Origin: Nitrospirota bacterium
GTDB lineage: Bacteria; Nitrospirota; UBA9217
NCBI GenBank assembly: GCA_963754875.1
Contig: CAVWHO010000013.1
Span: 96,001 to 160,000 of the forward strand
Length of the DNA stretch: 64,000 nucleotides
Direction of reading: 5' to 3'
Made by a program: the position numbers and the translations under genes. Under the pieces are notes generated by a model, which saw only the letters and a list, made by a program, of their open reading frames with translations, was not told where the DNA came from and did not search any database. Shown piece by piece: positions 50,693 through 61,707 of the stretch. The first letter of the stretch is position 1; every line of letters begins with the position of its first letter.

Positions 50693-52065
50693 ACCCTCCG
50701 TTCTGAAAAAAGCTCAAAACAATCGTCGGTAATGACCACCTGTTCACTGTGCCCGAAGAACTGGTCGCCTATTCCTACGACGCCACGCAGCGGGAAGCGC
50801 TGCCCTGGGCCGTCGCGCGTCCGGCAGTCGGCCGCATGAAGTTTCCCGGGTCCTTGTGCTCGCGAACCAGGAGGGGTTCCCCGTGGTCCCCCGCGGTGCG
50901 GGGACCGGCATGTCCGGCGGATCGGTGCCGGTCGCAGGGCGGCGTCGTCCTCTCCCTCGAGCGCATGAAGCGCATCATCGAGATCGACGAGGAAAACATG
51001 GTCGCCGTGGTGGAGCCGGGCGTCGTGACCGGAGACCTGCAGCGCGAGGTCGAGTCGCGGGGGCTCTTCTACCCCCCTGATCCGGCAAGCCACCAGTTCT
51101 GCACCATGGGCGGAAACGTCGCGGAGTGCGCGGGCGGGCTCCGCGCCGTGAAGTACGGCGTGACGAAGGACTACGTGCTCGGCCTGGAGGTGGTGCTGCC
51201 GACGGGCGAGCTCATCACGACGGGTACGCGGACGGCCAAAAGCGTTGCAGGCTACGATCTTACGAAACTGATCGTCGGGTCCGAGGGCACGCTCGGCGTT
51301 GTTACGAAAATCATCGTGAAGCTTCTGCCGCTGCCTGAAAGCGTGCGTACCCTGGCGGCATTTTTCCCGAGCGTCGACGATGCCGCCCGGGCCGCTTCGA
51401 AGATCCTGACGAGCAGGATATTGCCGCGGGCCCTCGAATTCATCGACCATGCCGCGCTTCGGGCTGTGGAGAGCTATCTGAAAGAAGACCTGTCCCAGGG
51501 TGCCATGGCCATGCTCATAGTCGAGGTGGATGGACCGGCGGAAACCACCGTGCGCGAGAGCAGCAGGATCGCCGATATTATGGCCGCGTGCGGGGCCACA
51601 GGGGTGAACAGTGCGGATTCCGCTCCCGAGCGGGAACAGCTTTGGAGGGCCCGGCGCGCGATATCCCCGGCGCTTTACACGATTAAGCCGAAAAAGGTGA
51701 ACGAGGACATCGTGGTGCCGCGGAGCAGGATCCCCGATATTCTGCGCGAGGTCAACGATATCGCGAAACGACACGGCATTCTGATCGTGAACTTCGGCCA
51801 TGCAGGCGACGGCAACATCCATACGAACATCATGATCGACGAGGCGGACATGCCGAAGGCCGAGGAAGCAGCGAAGGAAATCTTCGCTGCTGCGCTTCGC
51901 CTGGGGGGGAGCATTACCGGCGAGCACGGGGTCGGCATCTCCAAGGCCCCCTATCTTCCGATGGAACTGAAGCCTGATGCGCTCACCGCAATGAAGCGCA
52001 TCAAACGGGCACTGGACCCGAACAATATATTGAACCCGGGGAAGATTTTTCTGAATGCGGAATAG
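50685..52065 (+). CDS. glcD: FAD-linked oxidase, GlcD/D-lactate dehydrogenase-like; 5' frameshifts
   Basis: PRGAGTG, YPPDPAS, GSEGTLG, GHAGDGNIH, ITGEHGVG, NPGK. Confidence 0.82.
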
Positions 52066-52717
52066 AAAACAAAAAATACTGCACTGGACGAAAGCGGGCA
52101 TCATCGCTGTTTTTGCTTTCACGACGCAGTTCTCTCCATCAGCCTGGGCCGGGGATGCACCTTCGCCGCCGTCGATCAAAGAGCTCCGAAGCCAAGTCGC
52201 GGCGCTGCAGCAGCAGGCGGCTGAGCTTGAGGAAGAGAACCAAGGGCTCCGCAAGATCCTCGCTACGCAGGAAGACGGACAAATGTATATTGTCGTAGAC
52301 ACTGAGGGCAACCGGCTGATGCTGCGACAGGGGAATGCGGTGCTCCATACGGCCGTATGCGGCACCGGCAGCCATCAGTTCATTGAATCTGAGACCGGTA
52401 CGAACTGGTATTTCGAAACACCCATGGGTTCGTTCACGGTCCTCGGGAAAGAGCGGAACCCGGTTTGGATACGGCCGGACTGGTCCTATGTGGAGGAAAA
52501 TATGCCGGTGCCCGGAGAGCATGATCCCGACCGCCTGGTGCGCGGCGTGCTCGGAAAATACGCGCTGCTCCTCGGGAACGGATATAAAATTCACGGTACG
52601 AAGTGGACCAACCTTCTGGGGACCCATTTCACGCACGGGTGCATCTCGCTCGGTGATGACGATCTTGAGGTCGTTTACAAGTCTGCACAGATCGGGACGA
52701 AAGTATATCTCTATTAG
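52055..52717 (+). CDS. L,D-transpeptidase (YkuD) with coiled coil
   Basis: NPVWIRPDW, YKIHGT...THGCISL. Confidence 0.88.
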   Translation: MRNRKQKILHWTKAGIIAVFAFTTQFSPSAWAGDAPSPPSIKELRSQVAALQQQAAELEEENQGLRKILATQEDGQMYIVVDTEGNRLMLRQGNAVLHTAVCGTGSHQFIESETGTNWYFETPMGSFTVLGKERNPVWIRPDWSYVEENMPVPGEHDPDRLVRGVLGKYALLLGNGYKIHGTKWTNLLGTHFTHGCISLGDDDLEVVYKSAQIGTKVYLY

Positions 52718-52730
52718 CAGGGGTTCTTCA

Positions 52731-53255
52731 GTGAAAAGCTGTCTCATAAAAATTCAGGTGCTGTGCTTGGTCCTGTGTTCCCTCGTCCTCATGGGTGCGG
52801 ACGGAGGGGATCGTGCCCGTGTTGAACGCGCCCAGCTCGAAACGAAAACGTCGTCGTTGCAGAGAAAAATAGCGCTACTCAAGCGCGAGGAGGACTTTCT
52901 TCTTTTTCAGAAAGCGATGTACAACACGGACTCGAAATACCTCATCATCAACATCGCGAAACGCACGGCACAGCTCAAGTACAAAAACAGGGTGCTTCAG
53001 GACTTTCGTTTCAAAGAGGCGAAAAAAAACCATGGCCGCGGGTTCCCGACGGGAATGCTGGTGCTGACGAAAAAAGAAGAAGGGAAGAACGACCAATACG
53101 CACTGGTCTTTGGAACAGCTCTTGTCATGCAGTGGCAGCGAAGCGCCGTCCCGACGCAGGAGGCGGGCATCCCTGTTATGTCCCTCCCCAAAAAGGAAAT
53201 GCTGTCCGTCTATTATGCCGTTGAGAAGGGCGCGCTCGCGTACGTCATCCGCTGA
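52731..53255 (+). CDS. Exported protein, degenerate YkuD-like
   Basis: Signal peptide, coiled coil, YLIINI; no catalytic His or Cys. Confidence 0.55.
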   Translation: MKSCLIKIQVLCLVLCSLVLMGADGGDRARVERAQLETKTSSLQRKIALLKREEDFLLFQKAMYNTDSKYLIINIAKRTAQLKYKNRVLQDFRFKEAKKNHGRGFPTGMLVLTKKEEGKNDQYALVFGTALVMQWQRSAVPTQEAGIPVMSLPKKEMLSVYYAVEKGALAYVIR

Positions 53256-53318
53256 CGCCCGATGTTTTGTTTTTCTCATCCTGAAGGCGGCAGTCCGGGC
53301 CCACCGGGCACTTTCAGG

Positions 53319-53346
53319 TTGACTCAGACCTAATTCACGGTATAAT
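53319..53346 (+). promoter_or_regulatory. Promoter of the HD gene (apparently leaderless)
   Basis: TTGACT-N16-TATAAT, ATG 6 nt downstream. Confidence 0.6.
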
Positions 53347-53352
53347 CATTCC

Positions 53353-54768
53353 ATGCGAGAACTCATGAAGGGCGAGGAATTTTACGACGGCACTGCCTTG
53401 CTCGGCGACCCGGTGCACGGGTACATTTCTTTCACCACGCCGCGGGGCGCGGGCGAGAAGACCGAAAAAGATCTTATCGATACGGCTTGGATGCAGCGCC
53501 TGCGACAGATTTACCAGCTCCAGAGCGCGCGCTGGGTCTACCCGTCGGCGGAGCACAGCAGATTTCAGCACGTGCTCGGTGCAATGCACCTGGCGGGACG
53601 TTTCGCCCGCCATCTGTATCCCTCACTCAAGGCGGCGGTGCCCGATTGTCCGTCAGCGAATTACGTGGAGGAGTTTCTCAGGCTCGCGGCACTGCTCCAT
53701 GATATCGGCCACGGACCTTTCGGTCATTTTTTCGACGACAACTACCTGGCGCAGTACGATCTGACCCATGAAAAGCTCGGCCAGCACATCATTCGGACGG
53801 AGCTGGCCGATATCATCAAGGCCATTCGCAGGAGCCCTGCCGGCGAGTTTGGCAAGGGAGAAAAACTGAACCCCGATCAGGTCGCTTTCCTCATCGGCAA
53901 AGGACCGGGGTCTTTTTCGTCAAAACAGCCGCGCTGGGTCATCTTTCTCCAACCCCTCCTTTCCGGCATCTACACCGTGGACAACCTGGACTATGTCATG
54001 CGCGACGCCTTTATGTGCGGCGTGGCAATCGGGGCTGTGGATATCGACCGGCTCATGTATTACACGTTTTTTACCGAGAAGGGGCTCACGCTCCATAAAT
54101 CCGGGCTCTCGGCGCTGAACATGTTCCTGAACGCCCGGCTCTATCTCTACACGAACGTGTATTACCACCGGACGACGCGGGCGATCGATGAACATCTGAA
54201 AGAGTTGTTCAAGGACACGATGGCAAAAATATTTCCCTATGATAACCCGGTCAAGAACCTGAAGGAATATCTGTTCCTGACCGACTGGTCCCTCCTCGAA
54301 GGCGTGCGAAAATGGGAAGGAAGCAGGAATGCGGAAATCGCCGAGCTCGGGAAACAGTGGGCCGCCATTCTCTCCCGGGAAGTAAAATGGAAGATGGCGT
54401 ACGACGTGACCCTGTCGATGCGGGAGATAGAAAAAGGAAAAACAATCATCGACGCCAGGGAACTCGTAAACCGGATCAAACGGAACCTGCCTTCCAAGTT
54501 GAAAGAACTGCCCTTTCGCGTGGACATGGCGAGCCAGGACCCACGACCGGTCAACCCGCTCATGATGGGCGAACGCCAGATTTACGTATTCAACCCCTCC
54601 ACGCGCAAAATTGAGAAAGAGCCGCTCAAGGATTTTTTCGACTATATCCCCGCGCGTGTGGTGCAGTGCCGGGTCTTTACGCTTAGCCACGACCATGACA
54701 AGGAGCTCGCCGATATCGTGGACAAAGTGCTCGGAATCCAGGAAGACAGCATTAAAACGAACGTCTGA
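53353..54768 (+). CDS. HD-domain phosphohydrolase (SAMHD1/dNTPase-like)
   Basis: DPVHGYI, QRLRQIYQL, HSRFQH, LLHDIGHGPF, DNLDYVMRD, VYYH. Confidence 0.9.
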   Translation: MRELMKGEEFYDGTALLGDPVHGYISFTTPRGAGEKTEKDLIDTAWMQRLRQIYQLQSARWVYPSAEHSRFQHVLGAMHLAGRFARHLYPSLKAAVPDCPSANYVEEFLRLAALLHDIGHGPFGHFFDDNYLAQYDLTHEKLGQHIIRTELADIIKAIRRSPAGEFGKGEKLNPDQVAFLIGKGPGSFSSKQPRWVIFLQPLLSGIYTVDNLDYVMRDAFMCGVAIGAVDIDRLMYYTFFTEKGLTLHKSGLSALNMFLNARLYLYTNVYYHRTTRAIDEHLKELFKDTMAKIFPYDNPVKNLKEYLFLTDWSLLEGVRKWEGSRNAEIAELGKQWAAILSREVKWKMAYDVTLSMREIEKGKTIIDARELVNRIKRNLPSKLKELPFRVDMASQDPRPVNPLMMGERQIYVFNPSTRKIEKEPLKDFFDYIPARVVQCRVFTLSHDHDKELADIVDKVLGIQEDSIKTNV

Positions 54769-55015
54769 AGCACTGCCACCCTGCTGCTCTACTGCCGAAC
54801 AAGATTCTTTCTGATAGCGAGGTTTCAGTCAGAAGACGTTTTTCCTGGAGGACATGCTGGAACAGAGCGTGCATGTTCGGCAGACCCCCAATTGCGGAAG
54901 TCAATATTTTTTCTCTTCTCCCTTGTTTTTGGTGTTTCTTTCCTTGTATACTATGATTTGATTTGTCAAACCAGTATCTGATTTTGGAGGGGGGGCGGCG
55001 ATTTCCTGCCGGGGC

Positions 55016-56518
55016 ATGACAAAGATCAAAGGAGAACATAAGGTCGTAATCGGCACGGTCATTGCCGTCCTCGCCATCTGGTGCGTTGACGCTGCTTATG
55101 CTTCCTTTGTCTCCCACGAAGGGCCCTTCTTTCACGTCTTATCCAATGTAACAGACCATGAGCCTTTTCTCCGCATGGTCCTGACCCTGGGTTTCCTCGT
55201 CTTCGGCATCTCCGTGTCACATGTCCTGGCCAAACAGACCCGTGCTGAGGCGGACCGCAAAAAAAAGACCACTGCTATTGAAAGCTCCATGGACGGCATC
55301 GCCATTTTTGATTGTGACGGCAATTACATCTACGTTAACCAGGCATACGCTTCAATCAACGGATATGAAAATCCAGCGGAGATGACCGGTAAGACCGTGA
55401 GACAGGCATATGATGAGAGGGAACTGGAAAGAATGGAACGGGTTTGCATCCCTACACTGCTGAAAAATGGCCAGTGGCGCGGAGAAATGATCGCCAAGCG
55501 AAAGAATGGAAGCACCTACTTCCAGGAGGCGTCGGCAACTCTGCTTGAAGACGGCGGCCGCGTATGTATTATCCGCGATATTACCTGGCGCAAGCGAAGC
55601 GAAGAACGCTTGCGCAAGTCTGAGCGGTTCCTCAACATGATATTCAACAGTATCCGCGACCCGTTTTGCATTATCGACGACGAGTTCAGGATTATCCGCG
55701 CCAATGAGGCGTATGCGACCCGGAAAAGGAAGACCGTAGATGACCTGATCGGCAGAAAATGCCACGAAGTGCTGGAAAACAGTACCACTGTATGCGAGGG
55801 GTGCATTGTGGACAAATCCTTCAGTTCGTCGGACCCCTGCGTCAAGGAAAAGAACATCGTTACTCCTGACGGTTTGACTACCTGGGTTGAGATTTACACC
55901 TATCCTATCCTCGAAGAGGACGGCACGGTATCTCACGTCATCGAGTACACGCGCGATATCACTGAGCGCAAAAAATCCGAGGGGGAAAAACATCAGCTGA
56001 TCGTAACGCTGGAACACCTCTCGAGAACGGACGGACTTACCGGGCTTATGAACCGGAGGGCGCTGACCGAAATCCTCACCTACGAAGTCGACCGGGCCAG
56101 GCGGTATGTCTCACCGTTATCGCTCATCCTGTGTGATATCGACGGTTTCAAGGAAATCAACGATACCTACGGACATGATGTCGGAGACAGGGTGTTACAG
56201 ACGATTTCCGCGACGCTCAAGATGCTCCTCAGGAAGATCGATGCCGCCGGGCGGTACGGCGGCGATGAGTTCATGCTGATCCTGCCCGAGACCGCCCGGA
56301 AGGGCGCCGAAAACCTGGCGCACAAGCTCCTCGTGGCCATGAAGAACACGGAGCTCAATCTTCCGGACGGGAAGCCGCTGCGGCTGTCTATGAGCATCGG
56401 GATTGCAGAGCCTCTTGAAGACGAGGAGGGCATCGATGCGCTGATCAAGCGCGCCGATGACGCGATGTATGCTTCGAAACTGGGCGGGAGAAATCGCATC
56501 TCTTTTGATAAGCGATAG
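55016..56518 (+). CDS. Membrane PAS-PAS diguanylate cyclase
   Basis: Two TM segments, two PAS domains, DGLTGL, NDTYGHDVGD, RKID I-site, GGDEF. Confidence 0.93.
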   Translation: MTKIKGEHKVVIGTVIAVLAIWCVDAAYASFVSHEGPFFHVLSNVTDHEPFLRMVLTLGFLVFGISVSHVLAKQTRAEADRKKKTTAIESSMDGIAIFDCDGNYIYVNQAYASINGYENPAEMTGKTVRQAYDERELERMERVCIPTLLKNGQWRGEMIAKRKNGSTYFQEASATLLEDGGRVCIIRDITWRKRSEERLRKSERFLNMIFNSIRDPFCIIDDEFRIIRANEAYATRKRKTVDDLIGRKCHEVLENSTTVCEGCIVDKSFSSSDPCVKEKNIVTPDGLTTWVEIYTYPILEEDGTVSHVIEYTRDITERKKSEGEKHQLIVTLEHLSRTDGLTGLMNRRALTEILTYEVDRARRYVSPLSLILCDIDGFKEINDTYGHDVGDRVLQTISATLKMLLRKIDAAGRYGGDEFMLILPETARKGAENLAHKLLVAMKNTELNLPDGKPLRLSMSIGIAEPLEDEEGIDALIKRADDAMYASKLGGRNRISFDKR

Positions 56519-56699
56519 CCGTAAGGCCTCAACAGAGTAACGACAGTTAACTTTCAGCACAACGTAGTATCTTTATCCCGTCTCGTCCGGAATCCAACTG
56601 CAAAAAGGATTCCCGACGCGCCTTGCCTGCCGGATGAGGGGCAAAACAGTAACGAATTTACATGCGTTTGTATTAGTGTGAGACGTTAAACAATTCCTT

Positions 56700-58544
56700 T
56701 CATCTCTTCCTCATGCGGTGTTTGGCCCTGTCTTTTACGGCGTCAACGATGGCCGTGTGTGATATCCCTTCGTATCCCAGGAGCTCATCCGGTTTACCGC
56801 TCCGGGGCATCTTTCGCACGGCGAGCGAGTAAACGGGCACTCCCGTAAGAGAAACCGCGCTCGTCACGGCCTCACCGAGGCCTCCTTCGGCAAAGTGGTC
56901 TTCCACGGTAATGATAAGACCGGTCTCTTGGGCAGACTGCACGAGCGTTTCTGCGTCGATCGGTTTGATGCTGTACAGATCGATCACCCGCACCAGCTTC
57001 CCTTCCTGCTTCAATTCCTCATAGGCCTTGAGCGCCTCATGGAGGGTGATCCCCGCAGCCACCACCGCGGCAACATCCGCCTTGTTTGACCGCAAGACCT
57101 TGCTGCCGCCGATGCGGAAAACTTCGTCATTGCGGTACAAAATCGGCGTCTCCTTCCTCGTCGTCCGGATGTAGGCGATTCCCTGGTGCTTCGCCATCTC
57201 TTCGACGAGCTTTTCCGTCGACACGGCATCGGAAGGATAGAGAACCACGCTGTCCAGGAGCGTCCTGAACATGGCGATGTCCTCCAACCCCATCTGAGAC
57301 GACCCGTCTTCGCCGATGGACACGCCGGCATGTGACCCGCAGAACTTGATGTTGGCGAGGGAATACTGGCTCATGCGGATCTGGTCGAACGCCCGGGTCA
57401 GGAAGGCCGCAAAGGTCGAAACAAAGGGGACCTTGTTGCGGATCGACATGCCGAGCGCATTGCCGATCATGTTCTGCTCCGCGATATACATTTCAAAAAA
57501 CCGTTCCGGATACTTTAATTTGAAAATCTCGGAGTACGTCGAGTTGCTCACCTCGGCATCGAGCACCACCATATCGGGAAATTTTGGATAGATGCGCTCA
57601 AGGGCCGTGCCGTACGCATGTCGGGTGGCAACAGGCTTGTCCGACGGATAGGAGACCGGTTTCGCGTCACTTACCTTCACTTCCGCAGGCCCTAAAGCCT
57701 CAGGTTTCGGAATCTGTCCTATAGCCGTTTTATCGACTGGGCCGAGCTCCTGAAGTGCGCGCACAAGCTCGTCCTTTTTGAGCGGTTTGCCGTGCCAGCC
57801 GTTCCTGTCCTCGATGAACGACACGCCCTTGCCCTTGAGCGTCTTGGCAATGATCATGACCGGCTTGTCCCTGGCCTGCGTTGCCTGCGTGAATGCCGTC
57901 AGGATCTGGGGCATATAGTGGCCGTCGATGACGATGGGCTCCCAGCCAAAGGACGCCACCCGGTCCTTGTACACTGAAAGGTCATGACCGTACATGGTCT
58001 CACCGCGCTGGCCGAGCCGGTTCACATCGATGATCCCGATGAGGTTGTCGAGTTTATAATGGGCGGCGATCTCCATGGCTTCCCACTGGGACCCCTCTGC
58101 CATCTCGCTGTCACCGAGGAGCACGTAGGTCCGGTAGGGAAGCTTGTCCAGATATTTTGCATTCATCGCCATGCCCACGCCGATCGAGAGCCCCTGGCCG
58201 AGCGAGCCGGTGGCTGCTTCGGTGTATTTGAACTCCCGCGTCGGATGACCTTCGAGGGGACTCGTGAATTTTCTGAATTCAAGCAGTTCTTTTTCCGAGA
58301 GCCTGCCTGCAGCTGCCCAGATGGAGTAGAACAGTGGCGAAGCATGGCCTTTGGAAAAGATCAGCCGGTCGTTGTTCGGATGACGAGGATCGTCGAGGTC
58401 GTATTTGAATGTGCCGCCGAAGACGAGGCCGGTCATGAGGTCTGCGGCCGACAAGGAGGACGTTGGATGTCCCGAACCCGCTTCAGTGGACATGACGAGG
58501 CTGTAGTAGCGGATAAGTTTTGCGATGTTTTCAAGATTGTTCAT
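56700..58544 (-). CDS. tkt: Transketolase
   Basis: SGHPTSS, SKGH, GSLGQG, GDSE, HGK, IAEQ, GEDGSSQ. Confidence 0.93.
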   Translation of the reverse strand: MNNLENIAKLIRYYSLVMSTEAGSGHPTSSLSAADLMTGLVFGGTFKYDLDDPRHPNNDRLIFSKGHASPLFYSIWAAAGRLSEKELLEFRKFTSPLEGHPTREFKYTEAATGSLGQGLSIGVGMAMNAKYLDKLPYRTYVLLGDSEMAEGSQWEAMEIAAHYKLDNLIGIIDVNRLGQRGETMYGHDLSVYKDRVASFGWEPIVIDGHYMPQILTAFTQATQARDKPVMIIAKTLKGKGVSFIEDRNGWHGKPLKKDELVRALQELGPVDKTAIGQIPKPEALGPAEVKVSDAKPVSYPSDKPVATRHAYGTALERIYPKFPDMVVLDAEVSNSTYSEIFKLKYPERFFEMYIAEQNMIGNALGMSIRNKVPFVSTFAAFLTRAFDQIRMSQYSLANIKFCGSHAGVSIGEDGSSQMGLEDIAMFRTLLDSVVLYPSDAVSTEKLVEEMAKHQGIAYIRTTRKETPILYRNDEVFRIGGSKVLRSNKADVAAVVAAGITLHEALKAYEELKQEGKLVRVIDLYSIKPIDAETLVQSAQETGLIITVEDHFAEGGLGEAVTSAVSLTGVPVYSLAVRKMPRSGKPDELLGYEGISHTAIVDAVKDRAKHRMRKR

Positions 58545-58713
58545 AGAGGCCTCCCTACCGAATTGGACAGGACAACAGGATTGACAGAACCGAACCAGGA
58601 AATAAGATGTGAAGGGGAACTTACCGGACAGGTCGATTGTTCTTTGAGACAGCTGACTGCATCTGTCTCTTTTTTCACCTGAAGCTCAATGCCCTACTCA
58701 TCCTCTTATCCCG

Positions 58714-60142
58714 CTAGAAAAGCACTGCTGCTTTTATTATATCAAGTAACGGCCCCGGGTATACACCGAGCCAGACCAAAAGGACGAAAAGGGCGGCAAG
58801 AACAACGCCTCCACTGCGGGAAGTCCGCTTTTTCTGCTTCATGCTCGTCCTCGGTCCGCGTGAACACCGCCACGACAATGCGTAGATAGTAATACAGACC
58901 GATGACGCTGTTGATCACAAGGGCGATGACGACAAGCCAGAGCGCAGAGCCCACGCCGGCAGCCACGACGTAGAATTTCCCGACGAATCCCGCGGTCAGC
59001 GGAATACCGGCGAGCGAGAACAGCATGGCGGTGAATATGCCTGCCAGCCAGGGACGCTTCCAGGCGAGGCCGCGATAGTCCTCCATGCTGTCTGCATCCC
59101 GCTCCGCATCCGAGAGCACGGTCACGACGCCGAACGCGCCGAGAGTCGTGATGAAATAGGCAGTAAGGTAAAATGCAGCCGCAGCCGCGGCCATCGGGCC
59201 GCTTGCGAGCACAGTCACGAGCAGATAGCCGAGGTGCGATATCGACGAATAGGCCAGGATGCGTTTCACGTTCGTCTGGAGCAGGGCCAAAAGGTTGCCG
59301 GCGAACATGGATGTTACTGCGATGATGGTAATGATAGCAAGAATCGCCGCATGTTGATGAATGTCGACTTTCGTAAAATACCGCAGGAGGAGGGCGAAGA
59401 CCGCGCCTTTGGACATGGTAGCGATCAAGGCCGTGACCGGAGCAGGCGCTCCTTCATAGACATCGGGCGTCCAGAGGTGGAAGGGCACGACGGCAAGCTT
59501 GAACCCGAGACCGACGATGATCAAGCCGATACCGGCGAGTAAGGGCATGCCGTGAACTTCCGCACCTGCTGCGCTTGAAGCGATCTCGTTGAACGCCATG
59601 CTGCCCGTTTCGGCATACACAAGGGCCATGCCGAAGAGGATAAAGGCTGACGATACTGCCGCAAGGATGAGATATTTGACGCCCGCCTCAACGCTGCGAT
59701 TGCTGTGGCGCAGATAGGCAGCCAGGCCGTAAAGCGATACGCTCAAAAGTTCAATGCCGAGAAAGAACGAGGCAAAGTGCGTTGCCGCAGCAAGCACAGC
59801 ACAGCCGAGCGCGGCAAGAAGAAGGAGAAGATAAAATTCCTCACTATGCCCCTGGTGCTTCTCAAGATAAGAATAGGCGAGTGTGGAAACGCAGAATCCC
59901 GCAGAAGAGAATGAGTCCGAGATAAAAGAAGGCAAAATGGTCGATGACGAGCAGCGGCGTGACGTGCGGGGCAGGACGGAGGATGCATACGTGATGCTTC
60001 CGGCAGAAACCGCAAAGCCTGCAAGCGTGAAGAACGTCGTGAGCTTGTGGTTGCGATAAAAAGCAATCACGAGCATGACGACGATCGATGTAACGGCCAG
60101 GACGAGGTAGGGTGAAAGGGCAATCAGATCATCGATGTTCAT
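58714..60142 (-). CDS. nuoN: NADH-quinone oxidoreductase subunit N (frameshifts)
   Basis: EAGVKYL, FKLAVVPFHLWTPDVYEGAP, KRILAYSSI; corrected end WLGVYPGP...VLF*. Confidence 0.9.
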
Positions 60143-60172
60143 TCTCCGCCCCCCTTTGATTGGACCGGCTGC

Positions 60173-61651
60173 TCATGTGATGCCGCTCGGGACCATGTTC
60201 TGCAGTACCGGCCCTGCTGTTTTCAGCAAAGGACGGGGGAAGATGCCGGTCCAGAAGATCACGATAATCAGGGTTGCCATCATAGCGGTCTCGCGCATGG
60301 ACAGGTCCGTAATCTGCACGTTTTTCGCCCTTTCCCCGTGAAAGACCCGCTGCACGATCCAAAGCGAGTAGATTGCTGCGAGGACCAGGCCGCTCGCGGC
60401 AATGATCGTAATCGTGCTATGCTCGCGATAGGAACCGATAAGGACCATGAACTCGGCGACAAAGTTGCCGAAGCCCGGCAGGCCGAGTGAGGCCAGGGCG
60501 AATACGAGTCCTACTCCGGAGAGCCGCGGCACGGCGGACCAGAGCCCGCCCAGCCGTGTCATCTCGCGCGTGTGCAGGCGTTCCTGGATCATGCCTACGA
60601 CGATGAAGAGGGCCCCCGTGCTCACACCGTGGGCCACGATCTGCATGATCGCGCCGGAAAGCGACGTTGGCGTGTTGGCAAAGACACCGAGAAGTACAAA
60701 GCCCATGTGACTGACGCTGGTGTACGCTACAAGACGTTTGAGATCATTCTGACCAAAGGCGAGTACAGCGCCGTAGATGATCCCGATAACAGCAAGGACC
60801 AGCATGACCGGCGCGATTGATGAAGCGGCATCGGGAAAAAGCGGCAGCACAAATCGCAGGAGCCCGTACGCTCCGGTCTTAAGGAGAAGCCCTGCGAGGA
60901 TAACGCTCCCGGCTGTCGGCGCCTCGGTATGTGCGTCCGGGAGCCAGGGATGGAACGGGACCACGGGCAGCTTGACGATAAAAGCGATGAGGAATCCGAG
61001 CATGATCCAGAACGCAATGCTGGCGGACATCTTCGTACCCAGCAGCAGGGAGTAGTCGAAGGTGTATGTGCCGGTGTTGCTGCCGTGAACGAAGTAGAGC
61101 GCGAGGATAGAAAGCAGCATGAGGAGGCCGCCAGCCTGCGTGAAAATGAAGAACTTGAGCGACGCATACACGCGGTTCTCGTGTCCCCAGATGCTGATCA
61201 GAAAATACATGGGTACGAGCATCAGTTCCCAGAAGAAATAAAACAAGAAAAGGTCAAGCGCGAGGAACACTCCGAGGATGCCGGCAAGGATCCAGAGAAG
61301 GTTCAGGTGGAATAAGCCAACACGCTCGCGGATCTCGGTCCAGGAACAGAGCACGGAGATGATGCCGAGGAAAAGCGTGAGCGCCACAAGTACGAGGCTC
61401 AGGCCATCTATGGCAAGATGGAAGCTGATGCCCAGCTGCGGGATCCAGGTCCTGTTCAGCTCAATGAGCCAGGTCCCGCGACTGAGGTCGGGCTGAATCG
61501 AGGAATCCGTCCAGATCAATATCAGCACGATCGCGTCGAGCGCGAGCGCAGCAAGCGAAATCCATCGGCTGGCCGTGCTGTCCCGACGATCCACGGTCCA
61601 TGCTGCCAGCCCGCCGAGAAGCGGTATGATGATGAGCCATGCGAGGATCAT
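60173..61651 (-). CDS. nuoM: NADH-quinone oxidoreductase subunit M
   Basis: FWELMLVP, KLPVVPFHPWLPDAHTEAP, KRLVAYTSVSHMG. Confidence 0.95.
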   Translation of the reverse strand: MILAWLIIIPLLGGLAAWTVDRRDSTASRWISLAALALDAIVLILIWTDSSIQPDLSRGTWLIELNRTWIPQLGISFHLAIDGLSLVLVALTLFLGIISVLCSWTEIRERVGLFHLNLLWILAGILGVFLALDLFLFYFFWELMLVPMYFLISIWGHENRVYASLKFFIFTQAGGLLMLLSILALYFVHGSNTGTYTFDYSLLLGTKMSASIAFWIMLGFLIAFIVKLPVVPFHPWLPDAHTEAPTAGSVILAGLLLKTGAYGLLRFVLPLFPDAASSIAPVMLVLAVIGIIYGAVLAFGQNDLKRLVAYTSVSHMGFVLLGVFANTPTSLSGAIMQIVAHGVSTGALFIVVGMIQERLHTREMTRLGGLWSAVPRLSGVGLVFALASLGLPGFGNFVAEFMVLIGSYREHSTITIIAASGLVLAAIYSLWIVQRVFHGERAKNVQITDLSMRETAMMATLIIVIFWTGIFPRPLLKTAGPVLQNMVPSGIT

Positions 61652-61707
61652 AGTTTACAGTTCTTTCTGTTTGTGCCCCTGTCGTAGCCCCTCTCACGAG
61701 GAAGTGG

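Noticed and set aside
1896..52365. Long antisense or alternative-frame ORFs (e.g. 1896-3236, 8131-9444, 50689-52365)
   Set aside because: They shadow well-supported genes in GC-rich coding DNA and show no motifs or RBS.
55016..56518. Hypr GGDEF (cGAMP synthase)
   Set aside because: It keeps Asp in GHxxGD rather than the Ser typical of Hypr enzymes.
5838..60142. Many split genes (higA, both TPM genes, cysM, DUF2064, DUF4253, kinase, sufB, GH57, glcD, nuoN) read as pseudogenes or programmed frameshifts
   Set aside because: These are single-base indels, mostly in short homopolymers, scattered even through housekeeping genes. That pattern fits long-read sequencing error, and I saw no consistent slippery-site structure.
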